DNA of 64,000 nucleotides from the human T2T-CHM13v2.0 reference genome, Homo sapiens, in assembly GCF_009914755.1 (NCBI RefSeq), contig NC_060940.1. One strand, given 5' to 3'. The notes below the pieces were generated by a model that worked only from the letters and a program-made list of their open reading frames with translations, did no database searches and had not been told where the DNA came from. Each line of letters starts with the position of its first letter. Positions within the stretch are counted from its first letter, which is position 1. Shown here piece by piece: positions 51,001-64,000 of this stretch. The position numbers and the translations under genes were made by a program.

Positions 51001-51320
51001 AGTCTCTTAGCGGGAGGGATACCCACAGAACACACTCAGGAAAAACAAAGCAGCTTTCTCATCCAGAGTCCTCAACAATCACCAGTCACCTTCAGTTATC
51101 TTTGAAGAAAGGACTAGAAAGAATGAAAGAAGCTGTGAAAAGTCAGATAATTTTCAAGACCTTTTCACTTCTGTTTCTGTAGAAAAAATGAAATGGAACC
51201 AGTTGGCAAGTGTGTCAGGTGTCAGGGAAATCTGATTAATGACACCCTTCTATATGACAATCATTAATAACCATGGGATAAAATAAGGGATAGAAAAAAC
51301 GCATGCAGTAAAGCTTTTCT

Positions 51321-51326
51321 TTTATT
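51321..51326 (-). terminator. Candidate distal polyadenylation signal AATAAA
   Basis: TTTATT on the + strand; on the minus strand it follows a U/AU-rich tract typical of mRNA 3' ends. Confidence 0.5.
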
Positions 51327-52974
51327 GAATTTTATATTTATCATACCAGTTAAAAAAAAACCAAGAAAATAAAATAAATATTACAGTAAAAAAGGGACAT
51401 GCACGTGGCGATTCTTGGCACAGAAAGAGGGCGTGCTGCGTGACAAATATTTCAATCAGATCATATCGCTCAACAGAGGTGCACTGCGGTTTTTTGTTCG
51501 TTTTTGTAGAGGTAGTTTGGGAGCATGGTGGGTGCCCCTGAGCTCCAGCCTCTTCTGGAGGTATGTGCTACTCTGGTCACACCCAGGTGAGGTTGGGGCA
51601 CAGGGCCGGGCATCTCTGCACCCTTCCCCAACCCTGGCTCCTCAGAAGGGCAGTCCCTGCTGGCAGCGCCCATGGGGCTGGTGGAGAGGAGGTGGGACTG
51701 AGCTGTAGTTGGAGGACCCAGCGGCCTCCTCCTCTTGTCACAGGTGTAAACCCCCCAGTGTGCCGTCTGCACCCCTAATGCTGCTTCTGCTTCTGGAGAA
51801 CCCAAGCCACCGCAGCCAGTCACAAGGAGATGATGGCGATGGCCCCCACATTGTCACCTCATTTGTTCAATTCTTCCATGGAGAGGTCCCTGAGGCGTCC
51901 AGTCCAGGCAGTGGTTCCTGCTCCTGACTGCTCTTCCCTCGCAGCCGCCAGCCCAGCATCCCCAGGCCTAAATCAAGCCCCAGGGCCTTCCACAGCCGCC
52001 CACAGCCCACAGCACAGGAGCTTCCTGGGCAGGCACCTGGAAACCAGCCCTTCTTGCCTTCTAGTCTCTGGTCTCCCCAGGATAGGTCCTCAGCGTTTGC
52101 AAGTGTGATGCCAAGGCCATGCCAGTTCTGGGCCTTTACCTGCAGGCCATTCATGCCCCGGTGCCCTCACCCCTCTTCCCAGACCCCCCTCCTCGCCCAG
52201 GGTACCCCCCCCCCCCCCACCGAGCAGCCCCTGTGGGCCTCTCCGCCCGGTGCACCTCCCTGCCTGCGCTCCAGGCTTCGAGGCTCCACTCTGTTCATGG
52301 AATATTCCAGAGTGACTGCCTTCTCTCCCCACCTCCTCCGAACAGAGGCTGCCCAGATTAAATATTCCTTTCCCTCATGGCAATCTGTGTGGTGCCAACC
52401 TTGCTCTCACTGTGGGCTGTGGGCACAGCGGCCAATGGGGCCGCAGATGAGGCCACCCCTCTTCATGGGGGTCTCTTACGAGGACACAGTTCATAGCAGA
52501 TGCTCCCACGCCCATAACACAGATGACCTTCCCTGGGAGGGGTCGGTTCTCCAGACAGGCTGCCAGGAAAAGCAGAGATCAGTGGGGCACATGGGCAGGA
52601 ATACTTCCGAAGCAGGGGGTCACAGGCAAAGCTCCGAATAGCACATTTCTGGAGCACATTGTGTAGGAGAGCAGAGACTCCCCACTCAGACCCCCTTTTA
52701 GTGTCAGCTTGTTGACACTCAGATGCTTCTCAGAAGCTGGTAGCACTTCCTCCATCCAATCACTGAGGTGCCAGCCCCACCCATGGCTGAGGGCCAGGGC
52801 TGCCTGTGTGAAAGGCAACCACCCGGCTCCGTGCCCACCACCCAGGCCACCCCACACAGACTCTTCCTCGCTCCACTTCTTAAAGCCTGCCTTGCCCAGG
52901 GCCTGCCGGCTCCCTCCAGGGTCCAGGTCCTAATGGGCTCAGGTGCTACCATTGCCCAGCCCTGCCCCTCAGCC

Positions 52975-53220
52975 TCAGGGGTTGGAGGGAGCTCCTGCCA
53001 GTCTGGTTGCTCTGACACCCACTGCTGCTTCTCTTGCCTGGTCTTGATGAGCCTCTCTTTGTCTGAGTTCTTCAGACTGGGCTGCTTCCTGCCAGGACCT
53101 GGTGCCAGGCTGTGGGAGAGGTCCCGTCTCGGCCACTCTGAACACATAGGGTGCTTTCTTGGACAAGCACAGCAAATCTCTGTGCTTCTGAAGATACCTT
53201 GTGGGACATGCAGAGCTCAT
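52975..53220 (-). CDS. Putative DUSP22 alternative terminal exon, coding part (MSSACPTRYLQKHRDLLCLSKKAPYVFRV...GAPSNP*)
   Basis: Pyrimidine-rich acceptor ctttctgttctcgatgctccatctctgtgaaag| lies directly before an 81-codon frame; AATAAA downstream at 51326-51321. Prediction only. Confidence 0.4.
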   Translation of the reverse strand: MSSACPTRYLQKHRDLLCLSKKAPYVFRVAETGPLPQPGTRSWQEAAQSEELRQREAHQDQAREAAVGVRATRLAGAPSNP

Positions 53221-54720
53221 CTTTCACAGAGATGGAGCATCGAGAACAGAAAGCACCCACCACTGCACACACAGGCAACTCTATATTCCTGCGGGGGGCA
53301 ACCCAGGGCCCAGGACACCCAGTACCCAGCCAGTTACTGCAGGCTAAGGCAGAAAGGTCCGGGCAGAGGCGTGCGTGGTTGTCCTGCTGCAACCCTTTGG
53401 TTGCAAGAAGCAAGAAGTGAATCTCTGCCACTCCCTACCTTCCCACACTCTACAAGGCCTCTAATCGAATGCACGCCCATCCTCAGGGAAGAACTTCAAC
53501 ACAGTGGCACGTGATTGCTGGCACTGCGTGGGTTTCACCCTCCTCTCGTGATTCCCCCTCAAAGGCACTGGGGTGACTGTAGGCGCACCTTGCCTGTGAC
53601 TGGGGTCAGGCTGCTTGCATTCCAGTCCTGACCTGGCTGCCTCCTGGCTGTCAGACTAGAGTTCAGTGTCTTCATCTGAAAGCGAGGATCATAGTAAAAC
53701 CTATCTCACAAGATGGTGGTGAGGACTTGATTTCAAAAGAAAAGGTCCTCTGCCAGTTCTCGCCATGCATCAGCGCCCAATGGCTGTTGGCCGTGCTCAG
53801 GTTGACCACCCTGCCATCTAATGGGAGGTCTTTGGGGATAGAAGGGGCCTTCCCAGACACATCAAATGCCACCAGCCAGGGTGCTGTCTGCACCCCTCAT
53901 CCCTTCTAGGGAGTTTTTTTCATGGCAGTGGAGGGGAAAAGTTCCCCACATGAGTGTGTTGCCTCCTCAGGGACTTCCCCAAGGTATTCCAGAGAATCAG
54001 GACCCAACTGAACCTCAGCCAGGCCCGCCTGGCCCCAGCCACTTCAAGACTCTCATCTGCTGATACCACCTCTGCCCCAACCTGTGCTCCTGGTGGTCCT
54101 GGGAGCCGGAGGGTCACGGTGACGGGAGGGCCTGGCAAGGCATGGAGCGGGCCTCTTGCTGTGGAAGTGACTTTCCAGGCATGAAATGATGGCAGCCCAC
54201 CCTTCTGCACCCCTCTCGGCCACACCTGAACCTGCAAACAGCCGCTGTAACAGCCAAGAGTCGGTTCCTCTCCTCTCACACCTTCCTGGCGTTCCCCGTG
54301 TCACCACATTGGCCCAGCTTAACACAAAACCCAGGAGAATCCCAGCAGCTGACCCTGGCACATGACAGGCCTCTCCCAGGACACTGGCTCTGAGGAAGCT
54401 CTGTGCGGCTGGGCCTGTTGCCATGAAGGGTACACCCTTTGTAAAGCAGAAGGTGACATTTCTTGGGTGCACGTGTTGGAGTCTTCTGATTCTTATTTTC
54501 CAAAAAGGCTGCCCATCAGTGTCTGGGGAAACCCAGCGCTGACTGACAAGCAGCAGACCTGCTCACCAGCAAGGTGCACTTCCTGTCTGTGCTGATGGGG
54601 CCGCTTCTGGGGGTGGGTGCCCGAGGCCCAGGGCAGAACAATGGACGACGTGCCTCTGCGGGGAGAGAGGGGCCAAGCTTCCTACCACTACTGTGCATCG
54701 TGGGGGCTGCTGCGTGGTGA

Positions 54721-55161
<441 letters not shown>

Positions 55162-56250
55162 TATATAGCTTTTAAAATCAGGCCTGTGTACACAGGACAT
55201 GCACAGAAATGACCCCATCCAAAATGTCTTTTCTGCTAAACCTACCTCTAAACCAATAGCTGCCACTACACGCAATTAGAATATTGAACTCCCTATACTT
55301 TCAGGCACCTGCTGAAATAGATCTCTTCCAACACCAAGCTCTAAAAACTGAACTAGAAGCTTCAGGAAGGTTCGCTGTGAACTTCTAACTCTTTATGACC
55401 AACAGTTTGCATACAGATTTGGAGCCAAAATAAACCCAAACTTGCAGATGTTCAAACATGCACTGGCAAATCTTTCCCCTGATGGAAAGAAACACATGCA
55501 GACCCAGCACTCGCACCCTTCAGTCAGATGGTAATTTAAGCTGGTTAAGTCCAAGCTGCAAGAGAACACTAATTGTGATACTGCAAGTCTCAAAGCAAGC
55601 TGTGCCTGAGGGCGGAAGGAGACCCCACTGCTGCATGTAAGAAGGGAATTAAGCCTCCAAGTGACAAGTCAAATGCAGTGTTGTTTTTTTTTCTCCCTTT
55701 CTCTGGGCAATGAAAAGGAAAGGGAAGAGGAACTGCCCGCTGCAGTCTTGGTGATTTCTTGTTAAGTACATATATAAATACAAGCGTGTTGAAAGCATAT
55801 TCTTAATAAAATTATTAATAACTCAGGATGGGAGGAGACATCTGATGTGGGATCACAGGGGTGTGATTCTTAGTGTGTTCCTTATTTTTATGACTAGAGG
55901 CTGGTGTGCAGAGCAGCACTGTGACCAGCTCTGGCTGTGCGATGAGGGCTTGGCCATTCCTCGGAGTGCTTTCAGGTGCCTGCTGCTTGAGCTACCTGAA
56001 TGGCCAGGAACCTGAGCTCAGCACTCTCCGAGATGTTGCACATGTAACTCTCCTGGAGGCTAAGGTGTTCTCTGAAATAAAACTAAAACGATAAAATACA
56101 CATTGCCCACACATGCACACCCTGGTCAGCAGAATTTACGGCTGTCTTGTGTCCAAATAACATAAGGCAGCTCCAGAAGTTGGAAACAGAATTCTCTGCT
56201 GAGACTGAAACTAGAAAGAGCTGGCACCCAATAAACAAAAACAGCCACTA

Positions 56251-56626
<376 letters not shown>

Positions 56627-57997
56627 ACACACAAAATAATAATCACCATGGGCAGAGAGAACAGGTGTGCAGCAGGGGTCTGCCTGGGGCCCAGGAAAGG
56701 CAGCCTCTCAGGAGCAGCAGCCCTGCTCTCACATGTGCCTCATCTGCTGCACCAGCAGCACCCCAGCCCGGAGACACGGCAGGTATGGACAGAGCCTTGG
56801 CTACCCAGCTTCAGGTCCTGACCACTCACGCTCACTGCACAATGCCCCAGGACTAAGGTAATCTCCCCAAATCTTGCTAATGACAGAAACAGAGCTAGCC
56901 TGACCAGGAGATGACATTAGTCTTTGGAGAGCCAATATTTTATCCTTCACAGTAAAATAGGAAATCGGAAATTTGAATTCAATCTTCATTTTCATGAGTC
57001 TGGTCCCTGGGAATGTGTCCTGGATGATGGACAAACATGGTACCTAACCGCAGAGCCAGGTTACACCCAAGCACAGCCCCGCTTGGAGGCCCCTGATCTG
57101 GGACCCACCCAGCCCCTTCTGTAGCATCTTCCTTAAACCTTTTTGCAGAGGCATACACACCACACAGTACAGGAAGATGCTGGGACAAAAGAGCCACCGC
57201 ACTGTTACCAAGGTCCCAGAGAGCAGGCGGGGCACTGGGCCCTCACTCCCCAATATGCAATCAGTCACCAAGAATAGTTGCATGTCCTTCCCCACCCTCC
57301 ATCAAGTCCATTTGCCTGCTGGGCCCCTCTTCATCTCCACCACCATGACCCGTGGCAGGCTGCTGTTTTTTCTCACCGGCATAGTCCTAGCAGCAGCCTC
57401 CTGACTGGCCCCAACATGCAGCCCCACCTCACTTGGGCACCTGCGTGAGCCTTCTGCCTGCACATCCATCATGCGTCCCGCTGGCTCAGCACCCTTCAGC
57501 AAGTCCTCCACTCCCCCACCATCTGCAGAATTGCAGCCGCACCACTTACAAGGTTACAAGCTCAGGAGTCAGACCTCTGAGAACGTGGTAAGGTGCTGCC
57601 CCTCTCAGCCTGCTTAGCTCCAAGGGCTGGCCTAAGAAGTAAACCTGGCTGGTCAGGCTTCGGCTGTGCTCGCAGCCTTGCTGGCACAATCCCAGCACTG
57701 CCCAGCCCTGGGGAGGCTGCTCTAGTTCTGCAGTGGCTCTCATTCCTGACCCCAAGGTCTTTCATGCCTGCTGGCTAGCCCACGTGCTGAGCCTCCACCT
57801 GAACTCTCCTTCCTTCCCGCCATGCCCAGCTCATTCCACGGCTTATACTGCAGGTCTTAAATTAGGTACTGCGTTTTCTAAGATACTTCCCTTAAATGTT
57901 CCCACCTCCTCAAACTGTAATGTGTCTTTTCACCCCTTTCCCCCATACACGGCACCAGGGACAGCTGTAATAGTCCTTACCATGCTGTCCTGTAAGT

Positions 57998-58307
57998 CAG
58001 CAGTCCCCAACCTTTTTGGTACCAGGAACCAGTTTCGTGGAAGACAATTTTTCCATGGATCACAGTGGGGCAGGGATGGTTTCGAGATGAAACTGTTCCA
58101 TCTCAGATCACTGGGCACTAATTAGATTATCATAAGGAGCGTGCAACCTAGATCCCTCGCATACAGTTCACGATGGGGTCTGTGCTCCTATGAGCATTTG
58201 ATGCCACTGCTGATCTGACAGGAAGTGGTCACCTCCTGCTGTGTGGCTCAGCTCCTAACAGGCCATGGACCAGTACTGCTCTGTGACCCAGGGGCTGGGG
58301 ACCCCTG
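57998..58307. mobile_element. MER1B-like hAT-Charlie DNA transposon
   Basis: TIRs cagcagtccccaacc...ggctggggacccctg; 8-bp TSD ctgtaagt / ctgtgagt. Confidence 0.85.
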
Positions 58308-59105
58308 CTGTGAGTGACAACTTTCCTAACTGCCAACCCCCCCAGGCCACAGTCTTTCTGAGAATCAGGAGTGTGTCTGAGGCCTGGCTGGATCCCATAG
58401 CACCTGTTACGATCATTATAAATTTGTCAAGTCAATGAATGAATGAATGAATGAATGGAGAGGCAGCTGACCCAGTTAAGTCTCCTCTGCTTATAGGCTG
58501 TGATTCTGAGTTTCAGGCTAGAAAAGATCTGTGTTCAAAGAAATTGAAGAAAAAACAGCATAACGGAAAGTGCCGTGGACCTCAACCCACCTCATTGTAC
58601 ACGCCCAGGTCTTCACGGGGGCTCAGAGGTTGCCAATTCCCATCTCCAGGGTGACCCACAAGGCCTGGCCTGCTTGTGAACAGACCGGGATCTCTGGCTT
58701 GTAACATCTAAGATGGTCAATACCATCTCAGCATGGCCCTGAGCTTCCGGACAGAGGTCAGGAATTGACTGCCCCCACTCGATGGCCCAAAACAAACTCC
58801 CAGAGACTGGAGGGGGGCAGGCAAGGAGAGCTTCCTGGTGCCAACACTGCTGCCTGAGCCTGGCCCTGCCTCAGTGGAACCCTCCAGAGCCCTGGGCCGG
58901 AGCCCATGAGTGACTCTGCTGAGCTCCTCCCAGCTGCTTTCGCCAGCCACAGCTGGCAGCCCCTTGTGCCCTCACTCCTTCCCTCCCTGCCCACTGATTT
59001 GGGACCAAAAGATCCAGCAGGTTCCAGTCCCAGCAATGTGGACATCTTCAGGCGCATTCCGAGGTGCATTTCACAGCCCCTCTGAGCCTCGAATGAGTGA
59101 AATAC

Positions 59106-59148
59106 CTTCTCTGTCAGTTTAAAAAGCTTAGGGGCAACAGTTCGGGAC
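59106..59148 (-). CDS. Putative additional DUSP22 exon (43 nt; (L)SRTVAPKLFKLTEK)
   Basis: Acceptor tgctgctctgcag|G and donor AAG|gtattt. Phase 2 to 0 fits a CT|gtaatg donor in exon 8 and the acceptor at 53220. Prediction only. Confidence 0.45.
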
Positions 59149-60033
59149 CTGCAGAGCAGCACGCAATTATGAGATGATGGGTGTTGGTGTCAGATATAAG
59201 CCTGCAGTAAGACATGGTAGTGGGGAGTGACATTGGCTGAGAGCTGGGTGACCCTGCAGACTGGGGCTGTTGCATGAAAACCTGTTTTCCTGCTGTGGCT
59301 ACTGCCTCACACCCCAGGAGACACACACAAGTCTTCCTGGGCTGTGCTGGGGCCTGGCTGCTGCCTCCTGAGTGGGCCCCACAGGAGACACAACCAGGGC
59401 TTGCTGGTCTGGCCCATGAAAACACTCAGAGGCACCGAGGACAGAGCCACCTGTGCCATACCAGGCATTCAGAGTGTCCCCTCACGCTCATCGGACTGCT
59501 GCAGAGGCTAGAAGCTCAGGAGTCAGACCTCTGGGGACCTGGCAAGGTGCCTTACCTCCCTATGCCTCTCCTGTGGCCCCCAGCCACTCCCCTGAGCTGC
59601 TGCCGGGAGCTTCAAGGCATCAGAATCTACATAAAGTCTGCCACCTACAGTCAACCAGCTCATGAGTTCACTTGCCTTTAGATCAACCCAAACTTACCCT
59701 AGCAGCGTTAAATTTCCCTTTTCCTCCACCAGATCAGAGAAGGAAAATTTTACAAATTGACTTAAATTTCTCGTCAATTCAGGTGACGTTCCCTCAGATT
59801 AAAAGCTGAAGATGGAATGAGAGTAGCTGTGTTCAATGCTGTGCGGCAGATGCACACGGCGCGGCTGGCTGCATGCTCCTGGGCAAACACAACTCGTTCC
59901 AGGCGCCGAATACGCCGCTCCCACCGTGCAGGCAAAACAGAACTAACTCTCATGTCCACATTTCCTTCGCCTCACACTCATGGCCTATTTTTCTTTCTTG
60001 GAGACATGAATTCACCTTTTGTAGCATCTGCTA

Positions 60034-60052
60034 TAGCGCCTTCTGGAGGCAA
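60034..60052 (-). promoter_or_regulatory. Candidate CTCF site
   Basis: Minus strand TTGCCTCCAGAAGGCGCTA versus consensus TGGCCACCAGGGGGCGCTA. Confidence 0.4.
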
Positions 60053-60191
60053 ACAATAGCCTCTAAAATAAAACCAGGAGTAGGCTTCAGTCTTGCCTTG
60101 GAATCCCTCACAGGCAGAAGGGCGCGTGGTGACTGCCCCTTGGCTAGGGAAGAATGCATCGCACGCGACCTTAAACTTGGCTAAGTTGCCC

Positions 60192-60197
60192 TTTATT
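60192..60197 (-). terminator. DUSP22 proximal polyadenylation signal AATAAA
   Basis: TTTATT on the + strand, about 460 nt downstream of the exon 8 stop. Confidence 0.75.
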
Positions 60198-60658
60198 AAC
60201 GAAAACATAGAGCTTTCGGTCAATTCCACCACGGAGAACACAAACCAGAGATAAAACCCACACCAAGGGCTATTTCCCAAGCTGGGGAATTTGAGAACAC
60301 ACGGGCAGAGTTCACGCCACACAACTACACTGGGCTCGTCCTTGGGAGGCGTTCACAGGAAGCAATCACAAGCGCCAAGCCACCCACAAGGCAGTGCGGC
60401 AAGGCTCCCGGGATCCTTACAGGCATCCAAGCGAGGTACAGAAACCTCCACAGCAGTGGGGATAAGGGGAAAATATTTTCTCTTGCTAAAGAATATCCTT
60501 AGTTCTCAACATAAACATGACTACGTATATATTCAGCTTCAAATGAAAAACAAGTTTACAAATCACTACTGGATACTTAAACTCTTATGTTGCTTTTCTT
60601 TTTGGCAGCACCAGCCTAAACTCTGTGGGTTTGCAATATTTCAGAAACTTCAGGTACA

Positions 60659-60705
60659 TTACAGTCTTCTGAGAAAGGCCCAGAACTTCAGAATTCCCGG
60701 AGCGG
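60659..60705 (-). CDS. DUSP22: DUSP22 exon 8 coding part: 184-aa isoform C-terminus (AAPGILKFWAFLRRL*)
   Basis: ttcttcacag| acceptor; phase 1 matches the exon 7 donor (G|CC); TAA at 60661-60659. Confidence 0.95.
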
Positions 60706-62575
60706 CTGTGAAGAAAGAACATTACTGGCAACAAATATTAAAACAACATTTCAAGAACTCCAAGAATACACTGAGAGGTTTGTAAAGGTGCACATATTTA
60801 AGCATTCAAGCTATATCCTAAATCATTTTTCTGTTAACGTATTTATTTTTGGCTTAGGAAAAACATGTACTTTATTGGCAAATTGTTTTAGCTGTAGACG
60901 GATGGATGATTCTACAGCCACACTCCCCTTTCCGGGTGTACATCCGGGGCCTGTGCACCTGCGCGGAATCAGGCAACTTTGTTTTTCCCGGTCCCCAAAA
61001 AGCTCACCTTTGACACACCCTCTATATGCACAGGAAAACTGCTCTTCTTATTCAGGGTCTCTTTTTGTGGTGGAATTCAGAGAAACTGGGTTGCAACATC
61101 TTTTTAGGGAGAGGTCGAGTATGTTTTTTCATTCGAGTGACTCTGCATGCTTAAGGAATCTGAGTCGGTATAAAGGACTAGACCACTGAATTGCGTACAG
61201 CGTCCCAGGATGCCTGCAGCCCCAGAGTACAAACTGTAGATGCTCTCGTGGCCTGAATGTGGAATTTTACCCACCAGAAAGCATTACTGGAGCCCAAACT
61301 GGCAACTTTAAATAGCTCAATGATATCGGTACCTTCCCCTTTGGTTTCAAAAGCAATCATGACCGAACATTTTCAACTGTGAGGCAAAGCTGACTTGCAT
61401 ACCAAAAAACACCTTTCCAAAAACATTCAATGAGGTAGCTCAGATCAATTATCAAACCCAAGTGAATACCAAGAAGCTTAATAAATGCTCAGGCATTTTA
61501 AAATGCAAATTGCTACAGTGCCTAATAAATGCTCTTTCTTCCCAATTCTTGCAGGTGCATGCAAATGTTGAGGAGGAGCCCCTGCAAAGTGAGGACAGCG
61601 AGAGGCTGGGAGTGAATGAAGCTGGCAAGGAGCAGAGAGGAGGGGGTGCCCTGGGGCACCCAACTTAGGCTAAAGTGCGCCTGCCCACCACAGAGCTCAA
61701 GTGCAATCAGCTCCAGAGAACAAACACCAAGTAGAACTCAGGGCTCGATGGGCTGAAAAGTGGCCTTGACTCAAGGCGCTAGGGAACCCTCAGCCTGGTG
61801 CATTCACATTGAGATGGAGGCAATCTAAGATACTTCCCTTAAATGCTGAGTTGGTATAAAGTGCTGGCCCACTGGACCAGCTCAGGGCAGTCTCTCACGT
61901 TTTCCAGGGCCCCAGAGCCACCCTCCCTCTAGAGGAGTCTGGCCCCTGTTGCCCCCACCACACCACCCTGGGTGGGTTCTGGGAGAGGCCATGCTCTTAG
62001 CCACTCGTCCCCTGAGTTCTCACGGTCTGCTCAGAGGCACAGACTGCTCTTTGCTGGGTAGCTTTTCGGAGGTCGAGCTCAAATGCCTTCCATGTGGAGT
62101 CTTGGACAAAGGGAAAGGTGGCCACACCAACCCGGGCAGCAATATGAATTCTGTGACTTCCAGCAGTAAGAAAGAGTTCACACTCACACAAACATTCATG
62201 TGCACAGACGCTTTCACAACATACACACATGTACACACTTAGGTGCACATACCCTCACTCACACAGGCACACACATGCATCCACTTAGTCACCCACACAC
62301 AAGTGCACTCACACACACGCACGTGCACAGAGCAGTGCACAGCCACTGGGCAACATCCCCGGGGGCAGCAAGCTCAGGTGCAGCCAGGGTAGGGGTGGGC
62401 GGAGTGCAGGGGCCTGGAGCAGGGCTGGGCGGTGTTGCTTGGGGGAAGGAGCCCTCGCCCCACCTCGCCCTGGCTATCTCCCTTTCCTGTCCTCATCGGC
62501 CACCACCACCACACCCCTGCCCAGCCGGGCACACTGAAGACAAGCAGTGGGAAGGAAGGCAGCAGGTCGCTTGCG

Positions 62576-62758
62576 TTAGGTCTCCGTCGTATAATTATCG
62601 TAGGTCAGCGGAGCCAGTGCTGGAAAACTGCTCCACCGCCTGGCGCCGGGCTGGGGCTCTGTGCGCCCTTGCTCCTTATATTTACCCAGAATGTTTTTGG
62701 CTTCTTCTGCATCCTGCAAAGGGCTCTCTCCATATTCTTCCTTCAGCCACTGCCGATA
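62576..62758 (-). CDS. DUSP22: DUSP22 exon 7 read through its donor: 205-aa isoform C-terminus (YRQWLKEEYGESPLQDAEEAKNILGKYKEQG...YDNYTTET*)
   Basis: ctccag| acceptor; TAA at 62578-62576. The internal donor G|gtaaat (exon end 62686) is used by the shorter isoform. Confidence 0.95.
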   Translation of the reverse strand, partial: YRQWLKEEYGESPLQDAEEAKNILGKYKEQGRTEPQPGARRWSSFPALAPLTYDNYTTET

Positions 62759-63252
62759 CTGGAGAGGATGGAAACAAACCCGAAACGTCACACACATGTG
62801 CACGTCTGCATCCACGTGGGCTTGCACCTGTGACTTCACCACAGAGATGGTGCCACACATAACCAGGGAAACAAACAGCAGTGGGAAATCAGAGCTCTGT
62901 GGTTGGCCAGCCAGGGTCAAGCAAGAGAAGGAACTGCTCCTTCAAGGTGCTGGCCTAGGACATGAAAATAGGCCAGACCAAGGAAATGGTACGTCACCCA
63001 AAGGGAGAGAAACAAACTAGTAGGGAGTACCAGGCACAAGGAGAATGACAAAGGGTAGGCGCCTGTGGCTTCAACAGGTGCACGAGGGATCGTGACGACT
63101 TCTGAAGGGGTGCAGCTGGGCGCCCTGGGAGCCGATGTCCTCTGTGGGCCTTTCAACTCCAAACGCCATGATGCTGGCTGTGTACGGAAAGACTGTGGGC
63201 ACCGTTCAGGGGCACCTGCCTGCATCTCTGATGTCCCCTAAGAACTGCTTAC

Positions 63253-63424
63253 CTGATGGACCTCATGCTTCTCAAACTCCTGGAGCTGTCTCTGGAAGCC
63301 CACGTTGGGGTTGGCACAGGATCTCCCAGCACGCACGGTGTGCAGGGCATCCTCCCAGCCAAAGTCAGTGACGGTCATGATGTATGCGATCACCAGTGTC
63401 ACGCTCCTGGAGACCCCGGCCAGG
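63253..63424 (-). CDS. DUSP22: DUSP22 exon 6 (P-loop C-LAGVS-R, then SVTLVIAYIMTVTDFGWEDALHTVRAGRSCANPNVGFQRQLQEFEKHEVHQ)
   Basis: Minus-strand ccgcag| acceptor and CAG|gtaagc donor; 172 nt; translation matches recalled human DUSP22. The catalytic Cys codon is split with the upstream exon outside the window. Confidence 0.96.
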
Positions 63425-64000
63425 CTGCGGGGCCAAGAGAAGCACACGTGTGAGGGCAGTTTCAGATCTCCGGGTCCATCGCCCAATCCATGTGGAGCGG
63501 GGGACTCTAAGGACCTTGTTCAGAAAGTCTTCCTGCCTTGGATTATATGTGGACAGCAAGCTCGCCACCAGGAAGCCACTCAGCACTCAACGTACCAGCT
63601 CCCTATGCTTCCTGGCACTAGAATCGCATGCTTTCTTCCGCTGTTTGAGCTTCTTTTATTGGTTTTCTATGGGCTGTGGCTCCAGATGCTCCCTTGCTCC
63701 TCAGCCCCTCCTCAGGTCTTTCCCATTTCCCCGGACAAACGACATAACTGAGGTACTCCAAGGAAACGAGGCTTCCAGGGCCTACGCGACAAACCCATTT
63801 ATAACCTACATTTGTTTAGAATGCTTCATGTTCCTTAAAAGTCGAGTTTTCTCAGCTATATGAGAGCTAGATCTATAATTTTTAAAGCCCATGATGTAGA
63901 GAAGCCCTTACCCAATCTTACTTTTGTACTCTTCCTGACATAAATATGCAGAGTACAGAGCAGGCACACTGTGTCCGCAGGGTGGGAGCAAGGCACCCTT

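Noticed and set aside
51867-52154. SH3-like EGKKGWFP motif in a minus-strand ORF
   Set aside because: Lacks the ALYDY and WW motifs and correct spacing; probably chance.

Overview
Primate, almost certainly human, genomic DNA built from at least two segmental-duplication blocks. (1) 1-24.8 kb is extremely Alu-dense and holds an unprocessed RHPN2 (rhophilin-2) pseudogene on the + strand. Exons 8-15 keep their splice sites and have no frameshifts, but carry four in-frame TAG stops, and the 3' UTR is cut off inside an Alu at about 24,784. (2) About 28-64 kb is Alu-poor and ends in the 3' exons of an apparently intact DUSP22 on the - strand, with both known C-termini (205 aa and 184 aa) and a poly(A) signal at 60,192-60,197. 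Canonical DUSP22 (6p25.3) is followed by IRF4, so DUSP22 facing an RHPN2 pseudogene suggests the duplicated 16p11.2 copy (inference). Main new observation: a phase-compatible chain of extra minus-strand exons (60705-60663, 59148-59106, 53220-~51305, with its own AATAAA) would extend DUSP22 to about 279 aa. Second observation: a ~3.1-kb triplet-built VNTR, apparently grown from a MIR tail, gives a 1084-codon Thr/Ala/Pro (antifreeze-glycoprotein/mucin-like) ORF with four of six frames essentially open. Gene and repeat identifications rely on recalled sequences; no database search was run.
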